DNA from: Octopus sinensis
Lineage: Eukaryota
DNA: 64,000 bases
Direction: 5' to 3'
Assembly (NCBI RefSeq): GCF_006345805.1
Contig: NC_043012.1
Coordinates: 58,156,001-58,220,000 of the forward strand
Below the pieces are notes generated by a model. The model was not told the origin of the DNA, did not search any database, and saw only the letters and a program-made list of their open reading frames with translations. Both the position numbers and the translations under genes were made by a program. Shown piece by piece: positions 1 through 12,934 of the stretch; the first letter of the stretch is position 1, and each line of letters begins with the position of its first letter.

Positions 1-209
1 ATTTGTAGAAATGGCCACGGTTGGAATAAGGCTACTTTTGACCGTGAATTCTCTCAGTCAGACCATGGGCAAATGTCTTTAACTATAACCTCGGGCCGAC
101 CGAGGCCCTGTAAGTGGATTTGGTAGACGGTAACTGAAAGAAGCCCGTCGTATATATATATATGTATATACATACACATACATATATACATATATATATA
201 CATACATAC

Positions 210-244
<35 letters not shown>

Positions 245-329
245 TGGTTTGGTCATTTTAACTGCTATTTTAGCATGCCGGTACTGCCTGTTAATACACT
301 TAATTATTCATTGATAATTTTTACCTTTA

Positions 330-735
330 GGCACAGTATTGGCTGTGTGGTAAATAACTTGTTTACCAGCCACATGGTTCCAGGTTCAGTCCCACTGCGT
401 GGCACGTTGGGCAAGTGTCTTCTACTATAGCCTGGGGTCGACCAAAGCCTTGTGAGTGGATTTGGTAGATGGAAATGGAAAAAAACCGTCGTATATATGT
501 ATGTATGTATATATATATATGTGTGTGGGTGTGTGTGTCTGCGTTTGCTCCCCACCACTTCACTTGACATCTGATGCTTGTGTATTTACGTCCAGGTAAC
601 TTAGCGGTCCAGCAAAAAGAACCGATAGAATAAGTACTAGGCTTACAAAGAATAAGTCCTGTGGCCAATTTGCTCGACGAAAAGGTGGTGCTCCAGCATG
701 GCCACAGTCAAATGACTGAAACAAGTAAAAAAGAA
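330..735 (+). mobile_element. SINE family A (abundant octopus-type SINE with a central TA/TG microsatellite)
   Basis: Head TGGCTGTGTGGTAA...GGTTCAGTCCC (A/B-box like), then CACTGCGTGGCACGTTGGGCAAGTGTCTTCTACTATAGCC, a central microsatellite, and tail ...GGTCAAATGACTGAAACAAGTAAAA-like. About 20 full or partial copies occur in the window; partial copies also at ~48-150 and ~895-1075. Confidence 0.85.
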
Positions 736-800
736 TAAAAAATATTATGGGTTTTTTTACGCATGCTAAGCCACTGATATTATTATAAACAATAATATCC

Positions 801-833
<33 letters not shown>

Positions 834-1629
834 AACACACACACACACACACCCAAACACAAACACACAAACACACACATACACATATATGTTTATATAT
901 CTGTGTCTGTGTTTGTCGCCAACCATCGGTTGACAACCGGTGTCGGTGCGTTTACTTTCCCATAAGTTAGCGGGGACGTAAACAGTATAAGTCCTGATGT
1001 CGATTTGTTCATTTAAATCCATTCAAAGCAGTGCCCCAGCATGGCCGCATTCAAAATGACTGAACAAATAAAAGATTAAAAAAAATATCCTACTCTCTTA
1101 GAAATCAAGGAGTCATCATTGTGTAATGTGCTTTTGGATGTTGGATCTACTAAAAGAGATAGTCACGGCTGGAATACATTTCATTATAGACCTGCGCAAT
1201 ATCATACCAGTCCTGGGGCTAAGAGAGAGAGAGAGAGAGAGAAAAGATTATGTATATCCATGTTTTGTATCGAGATCTAAGCTTGATTAAAATATCTTTG
1301 CATTGGTTACAATTTAGCCGAGGTCACATGATATGTTTGCTAACGACACATTGGCCGCCAGCTGATAATCTCATCAACACTGCCAGAGATGGTCAGTGTA
1401 ATCCTTATCTTCTTTATTTTCTGTATTTATTTTGTTTCATAAAGCAACACTCTGTCATCGAGCAACTGCAGAATGTTCCTTTATAAACCTACAAGAAGAG
1501 TTATGAATGACATGGCAACAAGCACTGCGAATAAAAGTCTGTGTGTGTGCGCATGAGCGGATATGTATGCCAGTGTGTTTGACGGAGAGTGTCTGTATGT
1601 GGACGTCAGTTTGTGCATGAGTAGGCATT

Positions 1630-1673
<44 letters not shown>

Positions 1674-1909
1674 TGTATATATATATATAAATCACTTTGA
1701 CCGACCAGTCCGTCGGGCGTCCATTTGACACCGCAGGTCACAGCACGCTGTTCACTCCTCTCTGGATCGCGCCTTATATATATATACATATATATATATC
1801 ACACAGTGAGCGACCAGATTATCAGATGTTTCTACACATAGCTGGTCACAATGCGCGTCACATTGTTTTAGCCTTCAAATGACGCCACCCCGCTGGCTAA
1901 GCGAGCAGG

Positions 1910-1947
<38 letters not shown>

Positions 1948-2019
1948 CATAGATACATACATACATACATACATACATACATACATACATACATACATAC
2001 ATACATACATACATACGCA

Positions 2020-2865
2020 CATGGTGCGGGGGGTAAATCGTCGCCATGTTCTTTTGTTTTTTTTTCGCGCAAACGCATCGATTATTTTTGATTTTATCGA
2101 CTACACAGCATAGTAGGTTCCGTTGGGCATCATCTGAGAGAAAAGGAGCACCATGCCACAATTCACTCTGCCAGAAATTTGGAAACAACATGCTATACTG
2201 CTTGGGATTCGCGCCGGAAGCTCCAATACGAACATTTCAGAGTGTTTGGGTGTCAAAATGAAGACAGAGAAATCTGAGGACATGTACCGGGATACCTGAT
2301 AAAAATCAGTCAATATCATGGAGTTTGGAGTGATAACTAGTGACGTCGACGTTATGCCTCCATTCATCATCCCACACCGACTCAGACTAAACACAGAGGC
2401 CTACATCAAGTGCCTGGAGGAGGTAGGGCTGCCCTGGGTCAAGAGAGTGACTGCTGGAAGACCCTATATCTGACAACAGGACTCTGCACCGTGCCACACA
2501 AGCAAGAGAACCTAGTCATGGTTGTCAGACAATTTCTGCGACTACATCACCCCTAACATCTGACCAACTAACTCCCCAGACGGCAAACCCCTTGATCATT
2601 ATGTGTGGGGCGCAGTTGAGTGATATATATATATATATTATAGCAGCATTGAGCAACTTAAACAGGGATACTGTCCAGAAGAATTGCAGGAAATTCCGAA
2701 GTTGTCTGGAGGCTGCGTTTGAAGCCAATGGCAGTTCTATTGAATACATTTATTGCTTGGTCTTTCAAGTCATTTTATTGTAATTTTGGTAAAATGAAAT
2801 GAGATGTCAGTGTTATTTTCATTTCTACGTAACTTAGACGACAATATATTCACTCCCTCCTGTCT
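2020..2865 (+). mobile_element. Degenerate, internally deleted Tc1/mariner-superfamily DNA transposon, maT (DD37D) type
   Basis: Manual translation of ~2315-2620: IMEFGVITSDVDVMPPFIIPHRLRLNTEAYIKCLEEVGLPWVKRVTAGRPYI*QQDSAPCHTSKRT*SWLSDNFCDYITPNI*PTNSPDGKPLDHYVWGAVE. There are 37 residues between the QDSAP aspartate and the PLD aspartate. Three in-frame stops; a TA run interrupts at ~2622. Confidence 0.85.
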
Positions 2866-2892
2866 ATATATATCTATTATATATATATATAT

Positions 2893-3223
2893 ATACTAAG
2901 CAATAAAGGTTTAGCAACAACGAATTGCCTTACCACATACCGAATTTAGAAATAGCAGTCAAAGAGTTATAGCTATTTCTTCTACCAAAAAGGGAGATCT
3001 CAGTAAAAACAGCAATTGGAAGGCAGACACAAACAGGTAAGAGAGAATGAATTGACGGCAATCTATCATACATTTTTAAGTTATCTACGGACGTACGTTT
3101 CGAAATCAAGTTTTTAGGAAGCATAAGAATTAAATATTAATATTAAAATAATTCTATCTTACCGAAACTTCTTTTCTCTTCAGCGTAGAATACTATAATC
3201 ATAAATGATTATATATTGAATTT
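2893..3223 (-). mobile_element. Penelope-like terminal repeat (pLTR) or retrozyme-like fragment carrying a hammerhead
   Basis: Bounded by (TA)n on both sides and contains the HHR at 3084-3189. Shares TACCACA...AGAAATAGCAG..AAAGA..TAGCTATTTCTTCTAC with 10961-11378. Confidence 0.65.
3084..3189 (-). ncRNA. Type I hammerhead ribozyme with a long stem II
   Basis: Minus strand reads UCUACG-CUGAAGA-G(AAA...~75-nt hairpin...UUU)C-GAAA-CGUACG-UC-CGUAGA. It has a perfect 6-bp stem I, an intact core, a palindromic stem III (ACGUACGU) and a GUC triplet. Predicted cut between 3090 and 3089. Confidence 0.85.
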
Positions 3224-3344
3224 ATATATATATATATAATTGCGATTCAGTTGAATTAGGTACATAAGTTGCAGCAACATGTCAGTGCGGTATTTTCCAG
3301 TCACATCAAAATAAGCTGAATAAAATCAACAGAAGCACTAGGAT

Positions 3345-3512
3345 GTATCGACCCCTTTGCCTTTCCCTTGGATAACGCTGGTGGCGTAAAGAAGGGAGGC
3401 CGGTATGCATGGGCGACTGCTGGTCTTCCATAAAACAACCTTGCCCGGACTTGTGCCTGGGAGGGTAACTTTCAAGGTGCAATCCCATGGTCAGTCATGA
3501 TCAAATGGGGTC
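3345..3512 (+). mobile_element. SINE family D 3' portion
   Basis: Reverse-complement match to 32896-33070 (GGCCGGTATGCATGGGCGACTGCTGGTCTTCCATAAAACAACCTTGCCC...). Confidence 0.6.
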
Positions 3513-3906
3513 TCAAAATATATGTCAAAAAATGCAAATGTTTGTTTTATAAGTAACTGTATAACAGTCACATGTTAACAGGAAGATCACATTTAATTTT
3601 TGCAAGGAAACAGTTGATAGTGAGTTCGAATTTGAACTAGGTATTAGTCAGTTAAAGTGTCTGACCGACCAACAATGGGAGAAATTAGCGTCATCTTTTT
3701 CCTTATATAGTGAGTATGTGTGTGCGTTAGCGAGAGAGAGAAAAAGATGGAGGGGAAAGAGAGAGAGAGAGAGAGAGAGAGGAAAGAGAGAGAATGTGTG
3801 AAACAGAAAGAGAGAGAAAGATAGAGGCACAGACGTGGAGGTTTTTTAAGAAGTTTCCTCCCAAACCTCTTGGTTCTGGGTTCATTCTCTTACGTGGCAT
3901 CGTAGA

Positions 3907-3964
<58 letters not shown>

Positions 3965-4508
3965 GTATATATATTGTATATGTGTGTGTGTGTGTGTGTT
4001 TATATATATATATATATATATATATGTTTTGTTTGTGTGTGTGCATGTATGTGTGTATAAAATGCTAGATCTAAAGCATGTATACAAACATATATATATA
4101 TATATACTGCACACACACACACGTACACACACACACCAGTCACACAACACACACACACACACCCACACACACCAACAACCACACATATATATATATATAT
4201 ATACTATATATATATTATATATATATATATAGAAATATGTATATATATACATGCACAACGTCTTCCCCACTTCTCATATGCAAATATGTATCTATGTCCC
4301 ACTGAATATATCGCAAAAATCTCCACTGACACCATTACGTCTGGCGACCTTTAATCGCTAGGATACCGTTGACATGTTGATGGGTTTCAAAATACCACTC
4401 TGAAGAGCGCTGGTCATCAACCCTATCGATTCGGCAATAAATATGTACCTCTGTAATGTTTATTGCTTGCAATATATAGGATATACATGCATATATTATA
4501 GTGTATAT

Positions 4509-4609
<101 letters not shown>

Positions 4610-4614
4610 GTATG

Positions 4615-4645
<31 letters not shown>

Positions 4646-4680
4646 TTCTATAATAATATATATATATATATATATATATA

Positions 4681-4861
4681 TGGCTGTCATTCGATTTACT
4701 ACAAGTATTCTAATTATGTTTGTAAATTTGAACCTCTATTTACGCTTTAGCAGGCTTTGTTATATTGTCGTTTCTTTTCGCATTTGCATTTCCAATATAT
4801 ATATGAATGTATGTATATATATATTGTGCGTTGTGAGTATCTATAATATATAATATAATTG

Positions 4862-4904
<43 letters not shown>

Positions 4905-5100
4905 CTGTCATTCGATTTACTACACAAGTATTCTAATTATGTTTGTAATATTTTTGAACCTCTATTTACGCTTTAGCAGGCTTTGTTATATTGTCGTTTC
5001 TTTTCGCATTTTGCATTTCCAATATATATATGAATGTATGTATATATATATGTTGTGCGTGTGAGTATCTATATATATATACATATAATTGTATATACAG
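4681..5100. repeat. Near-identical direct duplication (~220-bp period) separated by (TA)n
   Basis: GCTGTCATTCGATTTACTAC...CAATATATATATGAATGTATG occurs at ~4683 and ~4904; the differences are mostly small indels. Confidence 0.85.
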
Positions 5101-5174
5101 ATATATATATATACATACATATATATATATATATATCTATATATATATATATATAATATATATATATATAATTA

Positions 5175-5245
<71 letters not shown>

Positions 5246-6035
5246 CATACATACACATACATTAGCTGAGACACTCTGATATAAGCCGTGAAGTTTTTAT
5301 GCTATTTTATTGAAATGACAATGCCGGTCTCTCCCCTCCCTCTCTGTGTCTCCTTCACTCTCTCTCTCTCTCTCACTCTCCCTCTCCTGTATTGATTTAT
5401 CGATTCTGTTACAACAGTAAAAGTTCAACAGAGAGACACACTTGTTTCTCTAGTACAAAGTACTATAACGAAAAAATGGAGGTTAAGCTGTTATCAGCAA
5501 TGATAAGATGGAAGTAGCTAACATCAACAGAAAGCTATTAGTCAAACATCGATTTCCCTCAGTAATCGGTCCACGTCTATGAGTAATAGTTAAAGTGAAA
5601 GTAAATCGAAATCATTTTTGGTTTGCTCGAATCATTCGCTCCGACGCCTGCGAAGCAAATACAGCCTTATTTGTTTCTGTTTTATTATATTTTATTTATC
5701 CTCCTTTATTATCATCATCATCACCATCATCATCATCATTATATATATATATATATATATATAGATTATATATATATATATATACATACATATAATTTAT
5801 CCTCCTTTATTATTGTCATCATCATCATCATTAATATATATATAATATATATATATATACATGTATACATACATACATACATACATACATACATACCACC
5901 TACATACATATATATATAGGTGCATGTATCTATATATATATATATATATAAATGTAAACGTATATACACATACAATATAAAATTCATATATATATGTACA
6001 CATACATATATAAATATTCAATATATATGTATCTA

Positions 6036-6084
<49 letters not shown>

Positions 6085-7434
6085 GTGTGTGTGTGTGTTT
6101 GTGTGTATTGCTAAGACGGCGACACATTGCTTGCTCAGTTGCTTTTAACGAAACATTGGTATCACAGAGAAATATCTACATTTATTTTTGCATTAGCGTT
6201 CTTCTGTTGACATCTACTTGGATACATTAAAGCGAATAATGAAAACAAGCTTTTCAAAACAAAGCAAAAATAAAAAAAAAACAGGAAACTAAAAAAGAAA
6301 AAAACAAATAAACACAAAGACTTTTAATAAATATATATAAAATATAATGAGTATAAACGTAAAACTCGAATCTCCAAAACCGTTGATAAACTCGTCTAGC
6401 GTTTCATTATTTGCATGGAAGCCATTGTGTTTATATTTATGTCGTAGAAACAAAGCGAGGAAAGCCTGGACGCAAAGCTTGCCTGTAGTGAAGAGATCGA
6501 CGGTTTGTTTAAGTTCCGCAAGAAACATGGCTGCCGGCCGCTCGGCTGGTTGTCTAAGTGTCTGTCTCTCTGGCTGTCTAGCTGTCTGACTGGCTGGCTG
6601 ATAAATTCAAACCTGCCAGCTAGTTTATACCACAGCATGTCATCAGTAGACAATCGGTTTATTGAGATACAATTACAGACTTCGAAGATTAATTATAGCG
6701 TTAATTATAAATCACGTGACATCGTAATCTCTTGTGTCTACTACGGGCTTGAACTTGTTCGTTAACCTCGACTCAGACCTATAGTGAAAGACATCCCTAG
6801 CATGACAATCACGTCTCTGCAAATCAGAACGCATTAAGTAATTTGTCCTTACATCGTTTCAGATGGCAGTGCGCAATTTGACGAGGATTTAGCTGCTATT
6901 TCTAGAAATGAACTGACCACATAAAAGCCATCTTCTTGATTTGTCTGTTAAATGTAAATACAGTTGGTCTTGGTGCAAACATTGATTTTTGTTAAAGCTC
7001 TCATGTTAATGAGAACATTTGACCAGTAACTAAACTGATCGATCGTCACTGTGAATATCTTTAAACGATTGTCACGCATTTAAATGGTGAATGGATTTCC
7101 ACCGCTTTCGACGATGACTATTGTAATTGTCGGATAAGGAGAACAGCCTACTAATTATATTAACCTGTAAGTGGATGAGTTTTCCTCACTCTCACACTCA
7201 CAAAAATACACACACACACACACAACTGACACTCCTTGACAATCACATACACACATGTGTAATAATAACATGTTTCTCACGGATAATTTGCATATGAGTT
7301 GGTGATATAATTGGCTGCTAAATTACAAGTAAAGATTTATTACGTCCAGCCAATTAGCTTCTACAAGTTTAAAGAATTCAGAAAATCTAACGTTATGGTA
7401 GAAGATAGTTGCTTATCACAATACAAAATCCTTT

Positions 7435-7720
7435 TTACTGTAGGCACAAGGCCTGATATTTTGGGCACGGGGGTTAGTCGATTACATCGACCCCAGTGTA
7501 TAACTGATACACTGTATAACTGACACACTGACACACAGTTTGTAACTGGTACTTATTTCACCGACCCTAGTGTGTAACTGATACTTATTTCATCGACCCC
7601 AAAAAGATGAAAGGCAAAGTCGACCTCGGCGGAATTTGAACTCAGAACGTAAATACAAACGAAATGCCGCTAAGCATTTTGCCCGGCATTCTAACGGTTC
7701 TGCCAGCTCGCCGTCCTCAA
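7435..7720 (-). mobile_element. SINE family B (MetaSINE-like core)
   Basis: Reverse complement of GGCGAGCTGGCAGAA..GTTAG...GAGTTCAAATTCCGCCGAGGTCGACTTTGCCTTTCATC..GGGGTCGAT.AAATAAGTA. The CCTTTCATCC..GGTCGATAAA..AGTACC core matches the Meta domain as recalled. Confidence 0.75.
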
Positions 7721-7909
7721 GACGCTACGTAATGATATCGACGTCGGAACCTATTTCTGGCAAATCGAACGTCGGATCTCTTCGTATGCGTAACGTATTT
7801 GATCTCTGAAATATATGTACATATTATTGTGAAAACTTTATGTAAGGCAGCGAGCGAGCAGAAGTGTTACGCGTCAGATATAATACTTAACGGGATGTTT
7901 TCTAGCTCT

Positions 7910-8143
7910 AAGGCGGCGAGCTGGCAGAAACGTTAGAACGCCGGGTGAAATGCGTAGCAGTATTTCGTCTGCTGTTACGTTCTGAGTTCAAATTCCGCCG
8001 GGGTCGACTTTGCCCTTTCATCCTTTCGGGGTCGATTAAATAAGTACCAGTTCACTGGGGTTGATGTAATCGACTTAATCCGTTTGTCTGTCCTTGTTTG
8101 TCCTCTCTGTGTTTAGCCCCTTGTGAGTAGTAAAGAAATAGGT
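7910..8143 (+). mobile_element. Full SINE family B copy nested in an older family B copy, with a 15-bp TSD
   Basis: ATGTTTTCTAGCTCT at 7895-7909 and 8144-8158 flanks the copy. The host head is at ~7845-7894 and the host body resumes at 8159. Confidence 0.8.
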
Positions 8144-8439
8144 ATGTTTTCTAGCTCTTTGCGTTCTGAGGTCAAATACTACGTGGTCAAAATTGAGGTA
8201 TCGATAAAATAAGGACCACTTTGGCTCGATGTAATTGTGATAAAATAAGTACCACTCAAGGCTCAATATAATAGCAATAAAATAGGTACCACTTGAGCAC
8301 TTTGCTCGATGTAATGCACTTAACGCTCCTCGAAAATGGGATAAAGTGAGAAGGAGGTATCATACTGTTATATATATAATGGGATGATGAGTGACAATCG
8401 AAATCCTACCTTCCAGCAAACATTTTATAGGTTAAAGAA

Positions 8440-8594
8440 TCATTTCCCAACCACATAGTTCCGGGTTCAGTCCCACTGTGTGGCACCTTGGGCAAGTGTC
8501 TTCTACTATAGCTTCAGGCAGACCAAAGCCCTGTGAGTGGATTTGGTAGACGAAAAACTGAAAGAAGCCTGTCTTATAATATATATATGTGTGT

Positions 8595-8646
<52 letters not shown>

Positions 8647-8850
8647 GTGTGTTCGTCTTTGTGACGGTGTTTATCCTCCATCACTGACTGACGACCGATG
8701 CTGGTATGCTTATGTCCCGCATCTCGCTGTTCGGCAAAAGAGGACCATAGAATAACTAGATATTAAAAACGTAAGCCCTGGAGCCGATTTGTTTGGACAA
8801 AACACTTCAAGGCAGTGCTCTAGCATGGCCTCAGTCAAATAACTTAGAGA
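8440..8850 (+). mobile_element. SINE family A
   Basis: Same body as 330-735, with a central (TG)n. Confidence 0.8.
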
Positions 8851-9189
8851 GAAGAGGAAGAAAAAGATTATATAGCAGAGGGGATCAAGTTAGTCTTGGC
8901 ATATTAACCTGAAGCACTTCCGCGTATTTTTGGCTCGACACGCAAGTCCGAAAACAATATCCGAGAACGCTGAAATGCTTACAGTGAGATGTACATTGCC
9001 AACATAATTGGCGAGAATCTCCTGAAAATATCCGGCGGAATATGATCTGAGGAAATGAGTGGTTTGTACAAATATGAATTTATGCAATGTTCCCTATTAA
9101 GTTATGCACGGTTCTCGTATTTGCAATAATCCACATTAGTGAAGTATGTATATTCATGCTCTCAACTATCCAGTTTATTCTTGATTAGT

Positions 9190-9603
9190 ATACTCTTTAC
9201 ACTTTTACTTGTTTCAGTCATTTGACTGCGGCCATGCTGGAGCACCGCCTTTAATCGAGCAACTCGACCCCGGGACTTATTCTTTTGTAAGCCCAGTACT
9301 TATTCTATCGGTCTCTTTTGCCGAACCGCAAAGTAACGGGGACATAAACACACTAGCATCGGTTGTCAAGCAATGCTAGTGGGACAAACACAGACACACA
9401 AACACACACGCGCATATATATATATATATATACATATATACGACGGGCTTCTTTCAGTTTCCGTCTACCAAATCCACTCACAAGGCTTTGGTCGGCCCGA
9501 GGCTACAGTAGAAGACACTTGCCCAAGGTGCCACGCAGTGGGACTGAACCTGGAACCATGTGGTCCGTAAACAAGCTACTTACCACACAGCCACTATGCG
9601 CCA
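9190..9603 (-). mobile_element. SINE family A, full length
   Basis: Reverse complement of the family consensus from the TACTCTTTTAC tail to the CCACACAGCCACT head. Confidence 0.85.
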
Positions 9604-9623
9604 GTATGTCTGCATGTATGTAT

Positions 9624-10153
9624 AGAAATAGCCCCACACCAAGACTAGTCTATTGGGCCCGTCGCTAGGAGATGGTAGAGGTTCGCTTCGCTGCTTGTAA
9701 TTTTATCGAATGCCACTGTGCATCGTGAAGCCGCTAGAGGAGATGTCATCTTAGAGTTAAAAAATAGCAGTAGAGCCTGCTCGACCGGACGGTCATGTTA
9801 AAGTGGCTACGAATATTACTTAGAGAGGATTTTAGAACTAGCATTTTTGCTTGTTACAAAATCAACAACTGTGTGTTCGCTTGAAATATATATCTTGGGT
9901 GCAGGTTCGAGCAGCTATCATCACTAGCAGACGAGGTGTCCAGTATTGAGGAGTGTCAGAAATAGCTCGAAACCAGAACTGGTCCACTGGTCCCGTCGCT
10001 GCGAGATGTTAGGGTTTGCTCCCTTGCTCGAAATTTTATCGGATGCAGTTGTGCATCGTTAGCCAGCTAGAGGAGATGTCCTCCCGGGGTTAAAAAATTG
10101 CAGTAGAGTCCGCTCAAACGGACAGCCATGTTAAAGTGGCTCCGGACATTACC
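9624..10153 (+). repeat. Diverged tandem repeat (~334-bp period, ~1.6 units) with a degenerate hammerhead at the junction
   Basis: GAAATAGC...CCCGTCGCT..GAGATG...GTGCATCGT..GCTAGAGGAGATGTC...GTTAAAAAAT.GCAGTAGAG...CATGTTAAAGTGGCT begins at 9625 and again at 9959. CAGACGA-G...C-GAAA-CCAG-AA-CTGG-TC lies at 9928-9984. Confidence 0.7.
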
Positions 10154-10214
10154 TATATATATATTATCTATATATATATATATATATATATACATACATA
10201 CATACATACATACA

Positions 10215-10250
<36 letters not shown>

Positions 10251-10876
10251 TACGTCTATGCACTTGTTTAGCAAGATTCCTGATGTGAAATCGTGTGTTG
10301 AAACAGATAATTGTTTTACATAGAGACGGTCTTATTTTTTGTCAATTAACCACATACAATTTATACATACAATATATATATGAATATATATATATGGAAG
10401 CGTGCATCCATGTATATGTGAGTGCGTACATATACATATATGCATAAAATACTTACCTCTCTACACCGATATATATGTATACGATGTATATGTATGTATA
10501 TATATTTGTGCGTGTATGTGTCTGTGTATGTGCGCATGTGTGTATGCGAGAGAGAGAGAGAGAGAGAGACCGTGAGAGAGGTACAAAAGGGAGAAGTTTT
10601 TGTAAAACACTAAAACGAAAAACTAAAATTTTGTTATATTCTACTAGACATGTCTTATAATAAAGTTATTTTAATGTTTAATCGGTGATAACTTAGCGAC
10701 TCAGCAAAAGAAACCGATAGGATGACTACCGGGCTTGTAATTCAGTATTGAGTAAGTTTGTTCGATTAAATTCTTCAAAGCAGTGCCATACCACGGCCAC
10801 AATCTCAAACCAGTAAGAGATATACGATATTACACACACACACATAAGATATATATTCGTACATAAGCCGCCAATG

Positions 10877-10960
<84 letters not shown>

Positions 10961-10961
<1 letters not shown>

Positions 10962-11375
10962 CATAACTTTATATAATTAGGGTTCAGCAAAAAAATTTAC
11001 TTTACCACACACTGAACTTTTAGAAATAGCAGCCAAAGAATTTAGCTATTTCTTCTACTATAAGAAGAGTCGCCCAGACAATGTATACTCAGAAACAATT
11101 CACGTAGGCATAGAGGGAAAAATAACGAAAGACCACTCGAAAATCGATTACTTGAGAATGCGTTTCTGGGTTAGTTAGATATAAAGATGCTAGAAATACA
11201 CACATATTCCAACATTCCTGTCATCAGCCCAAGATTTCGTTGAATTTAAATTTGAGAACACTAAAAATCGAACATACCCGTCTGATTTGTGTAACCCCAG
11301 ACGACCCCCCTCGACCTCCAGTACTAACGAATTCAAAAACGTACGAGTGAGGCTTTGCATCCTCCCCCGTCCACC

Positions 11376-11378
<3 letters not shown>
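10961..11378 (-). mobile_element. Penelope-like pLTR or retrozyme-like fragment related to 2893-3223
   Basis: Lies between (TA)n tracts and shares the AGAAATAGC...GCTATTTCT hairpin block and the HHR position with 2893-3223. Confidence 0.6.
11151..11233 (-). ncRNA. Degenerate type I hammerhead ribozyme with a long stem II
   Basis: Minus strand: CUUGGG-CUGAUGA-(~55 nt)-GAAA-CGCAUU-CUCAAG. Stem I is 6 bp with one GU pair. Stem III looks like a CpG-decayed GAAACGCGUH, and the stem II base is imperfect. Confidence 0.6.
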
Positions 11379-11419
<41 letters not shown>

Positions 11420-11457
11420 ACACCTTGTGTGTATATATATATATATATGTACACACA

Positions 11458-11521
<64 letters not shown>

Positions 11522-12186
11522 CATTTGGAGAGGTCATTCATTTACTTACTGGTGACAGATTACACACCGCCAAACTTTCCGACTCCAAACCAATGTTTTA
11601 TAAACGTAAGTCAACGAGGTTTCAGCCACTTCTATTACTCTCTGTCTTCCTCACTTTTCCTCTTCCTCTCCTTCAGTTTTTCCCTTTCTCTCTCTCTCTC
11701 GTTTTCTCTCTCTCACTTTTCCTCTTCATCCCTCTCTGTCTGCCTGCCTGCCTGCCCCTTCATCTGGCTTTGATTCATGTACTCCAATTTACTCTAAATG
11801 ATCATTCAATTAGAGCATGCGTAAAATTCTCCCGATATAAGTGTTAGCGTCGCCATTTTCATCTGGTTTTTGGTAAGATATACGGAGTAGAATGTACGAA
11901 TCATACACATACAGGCGCACAATACAAGACACAGCCATGCATACAAACATACACAGACGAACAGCACGTAAATATATCAATTCTATTATATCTCATTAGA
12001 TTCTATTTCCTTTTGTTAATAATTCAAAATTAGCATTTCAGGCATCTTTATTACGTCTGACATATTAACATCTCATTCTGTCTCCGTGTCTCTTTCATCG
12101 CCCCTCTTTGCGTATGTGTGTCTATGCGTGCCTGTATGTATATAGGTATGTATGTATGCATGCATGTATGTATGTATATATGTATG

Positions 12187-12220
<34 letters not shown>

Positions 12221-12385
12221 TGTATGTATGTATGTATGTATGTATGTATACTTCAGTAATCATTTGATTGCTCCAAGTCTATTCTTGTAGATTATTACTG
12301 GGTATTTGTCACTTACTTCAATGATTTTAATGTTATGTTAATAAAATTAAGAGGTATACCGAATGTGGGTGTGTGTGTATGTACG

Positions 12386-12458
<73 letters not shown>

Positions 12459-12542
12459 GTCTATCTAAAGATATATGCTTCTATACATGTGTAATACATA
12501 TTCTGGCTTTATGGGTTTATAGGCACACACATACACATACAA

Positions 12543-12578
<36 letters not shown>

Positions 12579-12664
12579 GTGTGTGTATGTATGTGAGTAT
12601 AAGTGTGTGTGCATGTGTGTGTATGTATATATGTATGCATTTATATATATATATATATATATAT

Positions 12665-12915
12665 ATAGTCCAACATTCCCATGGACTATGCGCTCAAGGG
12701 AAAGTTGGACAGGACCACCCGCCCCAAGCACATCAATTGCACAGTTCTACATGCAATGTTATATGGTAGTATAACATGGGCTACAATAAAGAGAGAAGAT
12801 CAGAGATTAGTAACGGCTCAAAGAGCCATGGAGAGGTCAATACTTGGAATCTCGTTGAGAGAGCACATCAGTAGCGAGGTCATCAGACAGAAGTCCGGCG
12901 TGAGGGATGTGAAAT
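12665..12915 (+). mobile_element. RTE-clade LINE fragment (region downstream of RT)
   Basis: ORF 12681-12959 contains INCTVLHAMLYGSITWATIKREDQRLVTAQRAMERSILGISLREHISSEVIRQKSGVRDV, typical of the RTE C-terminal region. Confidence 0.85.
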
Positions 12916-12934
12916 CGATATTTATTAACTACAT

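Noticed and set aside
9373-9570. Recurrent peptide [36 protein letters not shown] seen in many ORFs
   Set aside because: It is the antisense translation of SINE family A, not a gene family.
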